From positions 1 through 62,400 of the forward strand of contig CAZZBH010000005.1 in the NCBI GenBank assembly GCA_964652605.1: 62,400 nucleotides of DNA. Reading direction: 5' to 3'. Positions within the stretch are counted from its first letter, which is position 1. The number at the start of each line of letters is the position of its first letter. Positions 50,929 through 61,218 of the stretch are shown here, piece by piece. This DNA comes from an uncultured Planctomycetaceae bacterium (GTDB lineage: Bacteria > Planctomycetota > UBA8742 > UBA2392). The notes beneath the pieces were generated by a model, which ran no database searches, was not told the origin of the DNA, and saw only the letters and a list, made by a program, of their open reading frames with translations. The translations under genes were made by a program, and so were the position numbers.

Positions 50929-53391
50929 ATGCGCTACCTGATCATGCTGATGATGCTCGTCTCGCCCGCGCTGGCTGGGCAGGATGCGCGCCACACGGAT
51001 ATCGCCATCGCCTACCCGTCCACGACCATGCTGTTCGCGGCTGTGGATCACACGAAGCTCACGCAGGACCAGGAACTTGAAGAACTGATGCAGGGCCTGA
51101 ACTCGGAAGCAGGTCTGCCAAGCATCAACGACGTGCTGACCGAGAAACTGCAGCTTGAGCTCAGCGAAGACGAGATCCGCGCGCTGACATCGGGGCTTCA
51201 GCGGTCGTCCGCAGCGCTACTGGACGTGACAATACGCGGGCCCAGCCTGCAACTGGTTTTCGAGCATCCTGATCTCTCTGCGGTCACCCGCGCGCTGGCC
51301 AAGGCTCATAAAGACGGCAAGCACACTGTCCCGGAAGTCAAAGATCACTACGGCTCGAACGTCTATACGCTGTACTTCCCGCCCGATGCCGCGGACGTAC
51401 AGCCGGGAATGGATTTCCGCATTAATCCGCTCAGGGGATGGTTGGAAAACCAGGACTTCTGGGTCGCCATTCACCAGAATCGCTACCTGATCGTCAGCAA
51501 CACGGCGACAGCCGTGACCGACGCCCTGGACTTTCTTGCGTTTCCGGACGACCCAGCCGACACCCTGATTGCCAGCAGCCGCTACCGCGAGGCGACGGGC
51601 GAGTACAAAGACCCGCATGCCATCTTTTACCTGAGCATTGAGTCGGTGATCACAGCCGTCGAGCGCCTTGCCGGCGACAAGGGTAGCAGCCCGATCATGG
51701 GAGCCATGCCGTTCTGGTTCAACATGGACCCGGAGGAATGGGGCTTCTGGGGCCGCCTTCTGCAGTACGAGCAGTTCAAGAGCTGCGCTGCTGCGATGTG
51801 GATGGATTCCGAGGCGCGGACGCTGCGTACCGACTTCGGCATTTCGTTTCACAATGCGCCCGGCTGGTTTGAAGCCCTGCGAATTGAGCCGAAGGCCCGG
51901 CCTTTCGCGGACATGATCCCTGCCGACACCACCATCTCGATCACTGACTGCGTTGAAGACCCGCTGGCGCTGTACGAGCGATTCAAGGACTTCGTGCTGA
52001 CGCGCGCCCGCACAGCCGGTCGCACGGAGATTGTCGAAGGCTGGGAGGGATGGGAAAAAGAGCTGTTGGAAGACGGTACCGACCTGAAAGAACTGCTGTC
52101 GCACCTGTCCGGCGAGCAGGCCTTTCTGACGCTGCCCATCCGCGAACGCCGAACCCGGTGGTCGTCGCCGGTCGTGTCAGCCGGAATGCTGAGCGTCCGG
52201 GATGTCGAGAAGGCAGAGCACTACCTGTTTGAAACATTCCTGCCGTCAAAGTTGGGCCGATTCTTGCAGCCGTCGGAAGGCAATCTCTCGGCACTGGAAG
52301 TTTATCACGGAGTTGAAATCCATGTTCCTCACGAGGGTGAGGACGTTGGTTTCGCGCTGGCCCCCCGCCCGGACGGCAGCGGCGTGTTCTTGATCGGCGA
52401 GCTGGAGGCGATCAAGCGCATCCTCGACGCCCGCGCCAATGACGGAAGTGTAACGTCATCCGATGCGTGGCTCGCTGCTGACGGCCTGCTGCCCCCCACT
52501 TCAAGCCTGGGCATCTACATGAACGCTGGCGCAGTGCTGCAGACCATGAGCGGTGCGTTCTTAATTGCACGATCCTGGTTTGACGACGAAGACAGCGCTG
52601 AAGATGGATTCCACCGCGACGACACCGAGAAGGATGCTGACCCGATCGACTACCTGTCCGACTTCTTTTCCACCACAGTGATTGCCGGCGGCATGCAAAC
52701 CCACCAGACGGGCGTGCGCATGCGGGCGGTCGCGGCAGGCTGGCCCACTGACGAGCAGATGCGCGGCATGGTGCGGCACTTTCGTGACGTGCGCCGCAAC
52801 ACCGAAGTCAGGGACGACCTGATCAAGATTCGCGAAGCCGCGTTTGCGCACTTCGCGATCGCCGGCACCCCACCCGCCGACCTGGCAGGCTTGATCGATA
52901 GCGGATACATCCGAGACAGCGAAACGGTCGAGGACCCGTTCGGCGAAGACCAGCCACGACATTACTTGCTTGCGGCTGTGCCGGCTGATCTCGATTCACG
53001 GCAGGCAGTTCTGCTCGCCTATCAGCCCCATCCCGGTCTTCGGGGCAGCCACTTGGCGGTGCTGTGGAACGCGCACATCGTTGAGCTCAAGCCGGACGAA
53101 CTGGCAGACGCGGTCAAGTTGGCAGCGGAAGGCAAGCCGCTGGCCCAGGACCGCTATCGCGAGCCGGCGAAGGCATTGTTTACACTGAATCTGGACCCCG
53201 CCGTGCATGAAGAAGAGTGGGTATTGAACGTTGTAAGGGTCGTCGTGATCGACGACGAAGGCAACGAAGAGGCGGTCGAAGTGCAGGAAGAAAACGTGAT
53301 TCGCGAGACCGAACGAATCCTGGATGCGCAGAGGGCCGACGAGAACGAAGACGAAATGGAAATCGGCGAAGATCCGCCGCCAAAGGATTGA
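50929..53391 (+). CDS. Large secreted protein (DUF3352-like architecture), acidic C-terminal tail
   Basis: GGAG precedes the ATG at 50929. Signal peptide MRYLIMLMMLVSPALAGQ. Tail DENEDEMEIGEDPPPKD. Paralogous to the next gene. The family assignment is tentative. Confidence 0.55.
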   Translation: MRYLIMLMMLVSPALAGQDARHTDIAIAYPSTTMLFAAVDHTKLTQDQELEELMQGLNSEAGLPSINDVLTEKLQLELSEDEIRALTSGLQRSSAALLDVTIRGPSLQLVFEHPDLSAVTRALAKAHKDGKHTVPEVKDHYGSNVYTLYFPPDAADVQPGMDFRINPLRGWLENQDFWVAIHQNRYLIVSNTATAVTDALDFLAFPDDPADTLIASSRYREATGEYKDPHAIFYLSIESVITAVERLAGDKGSSPIMGAMPFWFNMDPEEWGFWGRLLQYEQFKSCAAAMWMDSEARTLRTDFGISFHNAPGWFEALRIEPKARPFADMIPADTTISITDCVEDPLALYERFKDFVLTRARTAGRTEIVEGWEGWEKELLEDGTDLKELLSHLSGEQAFLTLPIRERRTRWSSPVVSAGMLSVRDVEKAEHYLFETFLPSKLGRFLQPSEGNLSALEVYHGVEIHVPHEGEDVGFALAPRPDGSGVFLIGELEAIKRILDARANDGSVTSSDAWLAADGLLPPTSSLGIYMNAGAVLQTMSGAFLIARSWFDDEDSAEDGFHRDDTEKDADPIDYLSDFFSTTVIAGGMQTHQTGVRMRAVAAGWPTDEQMRGMVRHFRDVRRNTEVRDDLIKIREAAFAHFAIAGTPPADLAGLIDSGYIRDSETVEDPFGEDQPRHYLLAAVPADLDSRQAVLLAYQPHPGLRGSHLAVLWNAHIVELKPDELADAVKLAAEGKPLAQDRYREPAKALFTLNLDPAVHEEEWVLNVVRVVVIDDEGNEEAVEVQEENVIRETERILDAQRADENEDEMEIGEDPPPKD

Positions 53392-53419
53392 CCCAAGAGA
53401 CATTGACCAAGGAGAAGAT

Positions 53420-55960
53420 ATGAGAAGCACGCTAGCCTGTGTGTTCGCGGCACTGCTGTTTGCACCCCTCGTGACAGCCCAGAAGGCACCCCCGGCCGAG
53501 GGTGACCTGATCCCTCGCGCCGGGACGCTGGCCTACATCACCAGCGACCGCCCCCAGGTGATCTACCGCCTTTTCGGTACAGACCCGAACGGCGGCTGGA
53601 AGCTTCGCACGTTCATCGAGGCCAAGCTGGACGAGGAGTTCGCGGAAAGGGCAGACAGTGAAGAAGCGGAACAGGCCCGCACGGTGATTGAATACGTCTT
53701 CAACACGTACGAATCCGTCTCGCGCGCCGAGTTCGCGGTCCTTGACGTCACCGTTGATGGCCCCAAGTATCTGATGCTGCTGCATGCCGCCGACGGCAAG
53801 GCAATCAACATCGCCCCGGAGTTTCTGCAGCTTTATGTGACCGCCGAACATTCGTTCATGGAAGTGAAGTACATCGAGTACCGGGTGCCGGCGCCCGAGC
53901 CTGTGTTCCCTGATGACGAAGAAGACGGGATGCGCAGGCCGCCGCCAAAACCCGCGATGTTCGGATTTGATCGCTATTACGTGGCGAGCATTCCCAGCGG
54001 CGTGATTATCTCGAACTTCGAAAGCTCCATTCGTGACGCCATTGAGCGCCTTGCCAGCGGCAACTACTCCGAGAGCCTTTCGGGTCGCGAAGAATTCAAA
54101 GAGTGGACGACAACTCGCTCCAAGCACGACCTGTCGATCTTCCTGATCGGCCGCGAACTGCAGAACGCCATTGAGCGAGTCCTGCCCAGCGAAGAGCAAG
54201 CCGGCATCGACGCGCCGGGCATCTACCGCACGCTGGACAGCTGGGTGCAACTGCGCGAGTACCGCTACATCGTCCTGGACCTTGACTACGACGAAAAGGC
54301 TCGCGGGGCCACCGTCGCGGCAACCTTTAAAACTCGCCGCCAGACCCGCCTGCTTGAAAAGCTGGCCATTGCGCCAGCCGAGTTCAAGCTGCTGCGGTAC
54401 ATGCCGCAGGACGCAATGGCTGTCGCGGGCATGCAGATTGGCGACGCCAACACCACCTTCAACAACTTTCGTGAACTTGGCTACGACATAGAGAAGTGGC
54501 TGGGTGAGTTCATGGGTGGAGGGCGCGACGGTGGATCAGCACCGGATGCCTTCCCGATGCCACCAGAGGAAGAGGCGCCAACACCCCTGCCGCCGGAGGA
54601 CAGCCGCCACAAATCGCAGGAAGCAGAAGACCCCGACGCTGAAGCCGGTAGCGAGCTGCAAAGCGAAATCGATCGCGCGCTGGCCGAACTGGACGAAATG
54701 CTCGCCGGTTACGGCACCAGCCTGCAAGCAATCCTCGATGTTCTCGGGACGGAAGTGGTCCTGGGCATCACGCCCGACGTTGAGCGCGCCAAGGCGGCAG
54801 CCAAGAGTTTTCCGGGCTTCAATGACGCTTTCGAGCACAGCAACGTTCTGGTCGCCATCGCGCTGAAAGACGTCGAAAAGGCACGCGCGATCCTGGCCTC
54901 CGCTAGAGAAAAGGACACCAAAGGCGCCTTCCGCGGGTTCGAAGAAAAGGATGCCGGCGGTGGCCGCATAAACGTCAGCCCTGAACACCCCTTCGGCTGG
55001 GCGTTCACGTCGGATGCATTGCTGATTGCCGTCGTAAACGGTTTAGACGATCAAGACGCCGAGCCGCAGGTGACCGCGGCACTTTCGGCCATGTTGCAAT
55101 CCGCGCGCTCCACCGGCGCCGGTCGCTCGTTCTCGCGCAACAGCTCCAAGTTCTTCGAAATGGACTTTGGCGTCATCGCGCGGATTGAGCAAGAACTCGT
55201 GAATCACCAAAGCCGACGGCTCGATCGCTACGCGATGCCCCCGATGGACAGCTCACCGACGCAGCTCTTACAGGACATGGTGATGGCAATGCGGACGCGA
55301 GAAGCCAAGGACGGCGTCGAAGTCGCCTTGCGAGTCACCGGCTTGCCCGACTTTGGCGCGCTGCTTGAAAGCGGAGGCGCCATGTTCGGCGGTTCGTCGC
55401 CTGATCGCAACGCCTACAGCTATGGCGAGTCGAATCTTCGAACACTGGGCGAAGTGCTGCAGGCCCGGGCGGGCTCCGACAAGGCGCTGAACCTGGATGA
55501 CATGATCAAAGAGCGCGAGTTACGCGCAGGCGCGCTGCAATTGCCGTTCGATGAACGCTGGCAGGGCGATCGTGCAAAACTCTCGTGGACAACCCTTGAC
55601 CAGGTTACGCGCGATGAGGCTGGCGAGTTGCCACCGTGGGTCGATCAGAGTGCAGCAGCCATGATCGAGGCCAACGAAAAGGCCGGCTTCCGGTCGATCG
55701 TGCTGGTTGAGGGCGACATTGCGAGCTGGATGAAAGAGTGGAAGTCCGGCTTCATCGTGGCTTATCAGGGGAAAGCCGAGACACTCGGTGGCCACATGGT
55801 GCTCTATGCCGACGGCCAGACCGGCTGGCTGCACGCTGCCGTGCTCAAGGATGCCCTGAAGCTGAATGCCGAGGGCAAACCGGTGCCGGTCATGGAATCA
55901 GACTGGTTGGAAGAAGAGGCGCCCTCCATGCCTGAACCGATGCCGCCCGAAGAGGAATAG
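53420..55960 (+). CDS. Large secreted protein, divergent tandem paralog of 50929..53391, with an acidic tail
   Basis: AGGAG precedes the ATG at 53420. Signal peptide MRSTLACVFAALLFAPLVTAQ. Shared blocks: FAVLDVTVDGPKYLMLL against AALLDVTIRGPSLQLVF, RYYVASIPSGVII against RYLIVSNTATAV, and SIFLIGRELQNAIERVL against IFYLSIESVITAVERL. Confidence 0.55.
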   Translation: MRSTLACVFAALLFAPLVTAQKAPPAEGDLIPRAGTLAYITSDRPQVIYRLFGTDPNGGWKLRTFIEAKLDEEFAERADSEEAEQARTVIEYVFNTYESVSRAEFAVLDVTVDGPKYLMLLHAADGKAINIAPEFLQLYVTAEHSFMEVKYIEYRVPAPEPVFPDDEEDGMRRPPPKPAMFGFDRYYVASIPSGVIISNFESSIRDAIERLASGNYSESLSGREEFKEWTTTRSKHDLSIFLIGRELQNAIERVLPSEEQAGIDAPGIYRTLDSWVQLREYRYIVLDLDYDEKARGATVAATFKTRRQTRLLEKLAIAPAEFKLLRYMPQDAMAVAGMQIGDANTTFNNFRELGYDIEKWLGEFMGGGRDGGSAPDAFPMPPEEEAPTPLPPEDSRHKSQEAEDPDAEAGSELQSEIDRALAELDEMLAGYGTSLQAILDVLGTEVVLGITPDVERAKAAAKSFPGFNDAFEHSNVLVAIALKDVEKARAILASAREKDTKGAFRGFEEKDAGGGRINVSPEHPFGWAFTSDALLIAVVNGLDDQDAEPQVTAALSAMLQSARSTGAGRSFSRNSSKFFEMDFGVIARIEQELVNHQSRRLDRYAMPPMDSSPTQLLQDMVMAMRTREAKDGVEVALRVTGLPDFGALLESGGAMFGGSSPDRNAYSYGESNLRTLGEVLQARAGSDKALNLDDMIKERELRAGALQLPFDERWQGDRAKLSWTTLDQVTRDEAGELPPWVDQSAAAMIEANEKAGFRSIVLVEGDIASWMKEWKSGFIVAYQGKAETLGGHMVLYADGQTGWLHAAVLKDALKLNAEGKPVPVMESDWLEEEAPSMPEPMPPEEE

Positions 55961-55986
55961 GCGGACGAAAACCGCTCATCAACGCA

Positions 55987-56014
55987 CCGGGGACAGGCAG
56001 GCGCCTGTCCCCGG
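55987..56014. terminator. Bidirectional terminator hairpin between convergent genes
   Basis: Perfect 12-bp stem CCGGGGACAGGC / GCCTGTCCCCGG with a 4-nt loop, followed by TCTTGTTG on the plus strand. Confidence 0.65.
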
Positions 56015-56039
56015 TCTTGTTGCTGCCCCCGTTGCGACT

Positions 56040-56531
56040 TCATGCCGCCATGGCTGTGGCGACTTCAACTTCAACCCGGCGGAAGTAGGCGACGTCCTCG
56101 GGCGATACGCCCTCTTCCGTCAGCTCACGCACCAGCGCCTCGGCCCGCTTGCGTGACTCGAACGACTGGCTGTGCACTACTCCGTCATCGTTGCGATACA
56201 CGACCAGGTGGCTGGCAAACTCGCGCAGCGTGATCTTGTCGCGATCGATATCGCGCCGGCCCTTGATCTGCAGCTTGCGCCTGCGTTCGCCGCGAGACTT
56301 CTTCAGGCGCTTCAACCCGTGCTCACTTTGCTCGACATCCTGCTCGTCCGCGAACAGCTCGTCCCACACGCGATCAAACTTTCCAGCCGCATGCGCCTCC
56401 TGAAGCCTGCGCACGTCCATCAGGTTGAGACCCTTGCCGAAGGCCTCGCGCACAGCCCTCGACAGCGTACCTGCGTTGATGCCCGCGTCGTACGCGATCA
56501 TGCGTTCGACGAAATCCTTCTTGTCGTCCAT
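56040..56531 (-). CDS. Hypothetical charged protein (163 aa)
   Basis: Clean ORF with an ATG start. No recognisable motif. Confidence 0.4.
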   Translation of the reverse strand: MDDKKDFVERMIAYDAGINAGTLSRAVREAFGKGLNLMDVRRLQEAHAAGKFDRVWDELFADEQDVEQSEHGLKRLKKSRGERRRKLQIKGRRDIDRDKITLREFASHLVVYRNDDGVVHSQSFESRKRAEALVRELTEEGVSPEDVAYFRRVEVEVATAMAA

Positions 56532-56839
56532 AGGTGTATCCTCCCGGCGGTGTCCCGCCTCAGTGGTGAATGCCCAGTATCGGGCGTACCTATGTTCGGC
56601 TGCCTGGGTGGCAGGGCTTTAGCCAAGGTGCCGTCCGCTGATTGGCAAGAAAATCGCAAAGCGACGAATGCCGGGCGCGGCAGTTGCGTTAAGGCGTGTC
56701 TCCGGTGTGACTTGCTCCAACCTGCCGCCAGTACTTTCCCCAATTATTGACCTGTTTACTTCCGATAACACGCTATGATGTCAGCCTTGGATTCCACAAC
56801 TTGAACAGACGATCCACAAACTTCTCAACGAGGTAACCC

Positions 56840-58633
56840 ATGGTACAGCAAGCACCTGCGCACGAATCGAGCGGCTCAACGCAGCGCAAACGGCGCATTG
56901 CAATGGTGCACCCCAAGTTCCCGCCTTCATTCTGGAGCTTCGGGTTCATCAAGGAAATCGGTGGCTTCAAGACTGTCATGCCGCCGCTGGGCCTTGCGAC
57001 GCTCGCTGCCCTGACCCCGGACACTTGGGACGTCGTCATCGTTGACGAGAACATCGAAGAGATCGACTTCGACATCGATGCCGACATCATCGCGCTGTCG
57101 GCCATGGCCATCCAGGAGAAGCGCCTGTTCGAGGTGGCGGACGAGTTCCGCCGTCGCGGCTACCTGGTGTGCATGGGCGGGCCGATCTGCAACGTGCTGC
57201 CCGGCCGCTGCCGCCCGCACTGCGACGTGCTGTTTGAGGGCGAAGGCGAATACAACTGGAAGATCTTCCTCGAGCAGTACGAGACCGGCAACTACAAGGA
57301 CAACTACGTCCAGGAAGAGAAGATCGACATGCGCGACACACCCGCGCCCCGCGTCGATCTGCTGAAGACCGGGTCGTACCGCCTTGGGTGCATCCAGACC
57401 ACCCGCGGTTGCCCGTTCAACTGCGAGTTCTGCGACATCATCGTCACCTACGGCCGCAAGGTGCGCCAGAAGCCGATCGAGAACGTGATCGCCGAGCTTG
57501 AAAAGTGGGCCAAAGCCGGCGTTGATTTTGTGACCATTGCCGACGACAACCTGGTCGGTGACCGCGTCTATGCCAAAAAGATGCTCAAGGCGGTCGGCGA
57601 CTGGAACCGCGCACGCAAGGTGCCAATCAGCTTCTACATCGAGATGTCGGTGGACGCGTGCCGTGATGTCGAGCTGCTTGAGCTGTTGCGCTGGGCGAAC
57701 GTCACCGAGGCATTCCTCGGCATTGAAACGCCGCGCGAGTCGTCCCTGAAAGAGACGAAGAAGTTCCAGAACGCTGCCACGCCTCTCGTGGACGCCATCA
57801 AGATCATTCAAAGCTACGGCATGGTGACCGTGGCCGGCATGATTGTCGGCTTCGACAACGACGACCCGCTGATTTTTGAAGACCAGTACAAGTTCCTGCA
57901 GAAGTCCGGCATTCCGATCGTCATGCTCGGCATCCTGCAGGCTATTCCACGCACACCGCTTTATGAACGGCTTGAAAAGGCTGGACGTTTGCGCAGCGCC
58001 GCGCAGGGCAACAACACGCTCAGCTTCACGAACGTGGAGCCTCTGCAGATGAGCTACGAGCAGCTCATCAACGGCTACCGCGAACTGTTCGCGCGAATCT
58101 ACACCTGGGATGCCGTCGGCGACCGTTGGCTTTCCAACGTGAAGCAATGGGGCCGCAAGCGCGACGTCGTCAAGAACGTCGGTAGGGCAGACGAGAAGAG
58201 CCCAGCCGACGACCCAACACGCAAGTGGATTCAGAAGCCGCTGGGACGGCCGAAGTTCCACTTGATTCTGGCAACGTTGATGATCCTGAAGTACTACTTC
58301 GGAGGTGGCAAAGACAAGCGGCGCTTCGCCTGGCGCATGTTCTGGGGCACAATGAAATACGCCCCCAGCGCGATACTGCAGACGCTGAACTATCTAGCCT
58401 ACTTCATCCACCTGCGCGAGTACGCTGACCGCGTTGTCGCAAAGGAGTACCGCTTCGACTACGTGATGACCGAGCAAAACCTCGCCGACAGCAACAAATT
58501 TGGCGAGGGCGGCCACATCAACATGGTCAAGCAGGAGAAGAAGAAGGCTACCAAAATCAACGTAAACGACGCCTACGACGGTGCAGAAGTCACCGCCGAC
58601 GTCGCACAGGACCTGGAAACCGCCGCCAAGTAG
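56840..58633 (+). CDS. B12-binding-domain radical SAM protein (class B; DUF4070-type C-terminus)
   Basis: N-terminal cobalamin-binding-like Rossmann segment (DIIALSAMAIQ..., VCMGGP). Radical-SAM cluster TTRGCPFNCEFCDI (CX3CX2C). Long helical C-terminal region. Confidence 0.8.
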   Translation: MVQQAPAHESSGSTQRKRRIAMVHPKFPPSFWSFGFIKEIGGFKTVMPPLGLATLAALTPDTWDVVIVDENIEEIDFDIDADIIALSAMAIQEKRLFEVADEFRRRGYLVCMGGPICNVLPGRCRPHCDVLFEGEGEYNWKIFLEQYETGNYKDNYVQEEKIDMRDTPAPRVDLLKTGSYRLGCIQTTRGCPFNCEFCDIIVTYGRKVRQKPIENVIAELEKWAKAGVDFVTIADDNLVGDRVYAKKMLKAVGDWNRARKVPISFYIEMSVDACRDVELLELLRWANVTEAFLGIETPRESSLKETKKFQNAATPLVDAIKIIQSYGMVTVAGMIVGFDNDDPLIFEDQYKFLQKSGIPIVMLGILQAIPRTPLYERLEKAGRLRSAAQGNNTLSFTNVEPLQMSYEQLINGYRELFARIYTWDAVGDRWLSNVKQWGRKRDVVKNVGRADEKSPADDPTRKWIQKPLGRPKFHLILATLMILKYYFGGGKDKRRFAWRMFWGTMKYAPSAILQTLNYLAYFIHLREYADRVVAKEYRFDYVMTEQNLADSNKFGEGGHINMVKQEKKKATKINVNDAYDGAEVTADVAQDLETAAK

Positions 58634-58754
58634 CTCTGCGGCTTCTGCACATCCATGACTGCAAGTGAAACCTGCCACGGGCCCCAAGCTCGTGGCAGGT
58701 TCAGGTTGCGGAGCAAGCTGCCGATAACCACAATGGCCCGCACAGGAGCGTCCA

Positions 58755-60911
58755 TTGTCGCAGTCGCGCATACTTCTTGTCTTGCTTGCACTCGTCGCAC
58801 TGGCTGGTGTCGGCGGATGGCTGATCCTCAATGATTCCGGCGCCGCAGCACCAACCCAGCCGCTAAGCCACGCACTTGCACATGAGCAGCCGGTACGCAA
58901 CCCGATCACAAGCCACGAGAACCCACAACCTGCACAGCCCGCTGGCCGCGCAACCGATCCCGTCGATCAGCCGGAAGCTCCAACAGTAGAGGCGCAGCAA
59001 CCCACCCGACGCACTGAATCGCCGGATAGCGCGCAACAGGAAGAAATCACTGACACTGACCGTCGGCGCGCCGAGCAGGCGAGGGCACAGCAGTTGACGG
59101 CCGCCCAGCGCGAAGAGCTGCGGCGCGAACAGCATGGCCGACCAGCGTTGACCGTGCGCATGGGGCGAACACCGTCCGCTTCGCGCACGGCAGGCACGCA
59201 ACGCAAGTCGGTGACGCAAAAGGAATGGGACGAGCAGTGGTCGCGCGAAGGCTTCAAGCCGCCGCCCATGGTCCCGACGCCGGTGCAGGGCAAGGTCATG
59301 AGCGAGCAGGCCCGAGAAGGCCTGGCCAAGGCCATCGTGCACCTGATGACCTTCTTTCCAATTGACGGCGTGGCGGGCGGGCCGCTGCTGCCCGTAATTA
59401 CTGACCTGACCGCGGACGGCGGCGGCAACTTCAAGGGCGAAGTTCCAGTCTCGCCGCAGGCTCCGCTCAACTTCCCGCTGGGCGCAATCGGAGTTAGCTG
59501 GCAGGGCAAGCGTGTCCTGACGGGCAGGCCGCTGGCAATCCTCGAGCCCGGCAAGCAGAATGGGTTGGGGGTGTTCTGGGCGCCGGATGCACCCTTTACC
59601 TTGACATGCGACGCGGCACAGTTCACCGGCAACTTGCGCGTGGCGTCAACCGGCTTGATCAATCCGCAGCGCATTCACCGGGCCAAACAGATAGGGTTTA
59701 TCAATTCGTTTCCAATCGCAGCAGTTGTGCCGCGCGAGGCCGAGGTTATGCAGGGCGCACCAGTGCCAGGAACCGCCGAGCTGTCCGGAACGTGGGACCT
59801 GGTCCTCGCGAACCTGCCCTACGTCAGCCTTTTCGACCAGTCGTCACTGATCCAGACTCGGCGAACGGCGATGCGCCAGACAATGAGCAAAGCCGGTTGG
59901 CAGGCTGAGCCGTCGCCATTTCAGACACTTGTGTTTGAGCAGAGCTCGCTACTTCCGATCGGCGGGCAGGTTGTGGACAGCAGCGGTGCGCCAGTCAGCG
60001 GCGCTGTTCTCACAACCATAGGGGGCGACATTGCCCACACAGCCGTGACTGACTTCAGCGGCTGGTTCACGATCGACGAGCCGCACGAAGCAACAACGAC
60101 ACTGCGGGTGCAGCACGACGAGTTTGCCGAGTCGCTGACTCCGGCCAAGCCTGGCGACACCGACCTCATGATCACGATGGCAAAGCGACGCCCGCGAATC
60201 CGCTTTGTTGTCACGGATAAGTACACGTTCGGGCCTATCACAGAATTGAGCTTCAAGGTCGTGGGCATCCACCCGCACGGCAAGAACAAGGGAAAGAACA
60301 TGCCGCCGCAGGTCGTGTCGCTGAACGCAGTCGACGGTCGCTACACGCTGGAGTGGGAAACCGACATCCGAAACGTCACGCTGGAAAAGCTGGGCTATTT
60401 TCCGCGGCTGTTCAACAACCCGGTCAAGGTTGCCGGGCAGAGTGACGGCGAGATCAGCGTCAAGCTTGCCCCAAGCCGCAACCTTGAGGTCACTCCGAGA
60501 GATTACACATCTGTGCAGGACACGTCGCGCTGGTTCAAGGACCCGCAGAACGGGCCGGGCATATACACGGCTTGGTCACACCACTGGATCGAGTGGGAAG
60601 TTGATTTCGGCGAAGAGCCGGAAGAGGGCGAGCAAGGCGGTTTCTTTGACATGGTGCTCGGCTGTACGAACCACGGCATCGTAGATAACGAATACAGGTT
60701 CAACGTGGACGTGTACGTGGACGAGAAGCGGCGCGGTGCACTGAGCATCCAGGCCGACAGCCTGACCATCCGCGAGGGCCGGCTTCGTCTTGGGGCGCTG
60801 AGCGGGTTGCACCGCATTCGGCTGGTGTGGACCAACGACAAGTGGATTCCGAACCAGCTCGACGCCAACATCCGCTACGCCACACTGAAGTTCATCGAAC
60901 AACCGAAGTAG
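58755..60911 (+). CDS. Membrane-anchored/secreted protein with a charged Gln/Arg/Glu-rich linker, a CarboxypepD_reg-like domain and a beta-sandwich-like C-terminus
   Basis: TTG start 7 nt after AGGAG. Anchor ILLVLLALVALAGVGGWLIL. IGGQVVDSSGAPVSGAVLTT...FSGWFTIDE resembles a carboxypeptidase-regulatory fold. Confidence 0.5.
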   Translation: MSQSRILLVLLALVALAGVGGWLILNDSGAAAPTQPLSHALAHEQPVRNPITSHENPQPAQPAGRATDPVDQPEAPTVEAQQPTRRTESPDSAQQEEITDTDRRRAEQARAQQLTAAQREELRREQHGRPALTVRMGRTPSASRTAGTQRKSVTQKEWDEQWSREGFKPPPMVPTPVQGKVMSEQAREGLAKAIVHLMTFFPIDGVAGGPLLPVITDLTADGGGNFKGEVPVSPQAPLNFPLGAIGVSWQGKRVLTGRPLAILEPGKQNGLGVFWAPDAPFTLTCDAAQFTGNLRVASTGLINPQRIHRAKQIGFINSFPIAAVVPREAEVMQGAPVPGTAELSGTWDLVLANLPYVSLFDQSSLIQTRRTAMRQTMSKAGWQAEPSPFQTLVFEQSSLLPIGGQVVDSSGAPVSGAVLTTIGGDIAHTAVTDFSGWFTIDEPHEATTTLRVQHDEFAESLTPAKPGDTDLMITMAKRRPRIRFVVTDKYTFGPITELSFKVVGIHPHGKNKGKNMPPQVVSLNAVDGRYTLEWETDIRNVTLEKLGYFPRLFNNPVKVAGQSDGEISVKLAPSRNLEVTPRDYTSVQDTSRWFKDPQNGPGIYTAWSHHWIEWEVDFGEEPEEGEQGGFFDMVLGCTNHGIVDNEYRFNVDVYVDEKRRGALSIQADSLTIREGRLRLGALSGLHRIRLVWTNDKWIPNQLDANIRYATLKFIEQPK

Positions 60912-61021
60912 CGGCATGCGCCGTGTGGCACACGCTTCCAGTCGCCGACGCGCAATAGCCGCTATGGCGACGGCGCGCACGTGAGTAGTGCCATGAGCTT
61001 CAAGCAAATGGGAAGAACAAG

Positions 61022-61112
<91 letters not shown>

Positions 61113-61218
61113 GCTGGCTGAAGTGTAACGATGAACAGCTGCATCGTGTAGGGGCAACGCTGGCGTCGCCCCTACTCAGCGGGAATAATCCCGCGGGCTC
61201 CCGCGGTTATGGCCCTGA

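Noticed and set aside
56927-58261. 444-aa antisense ORF opposite the B12/radical SAM gene
   Set aside because: The sense frame has the CX3CX2C cluster and a cobalamin-domain pattern. The antisense frame has none.
58669-58701. Hairpin AACCTGCCACG / CGTGGCAGGTT after the radical SAM gene as a terminator
   Set aside because: The stem is good (11 bp), but the loop is 11 nt, no T-tract follows, and the next gene starts ~55 nt later on the same strand. I left it unannotated.
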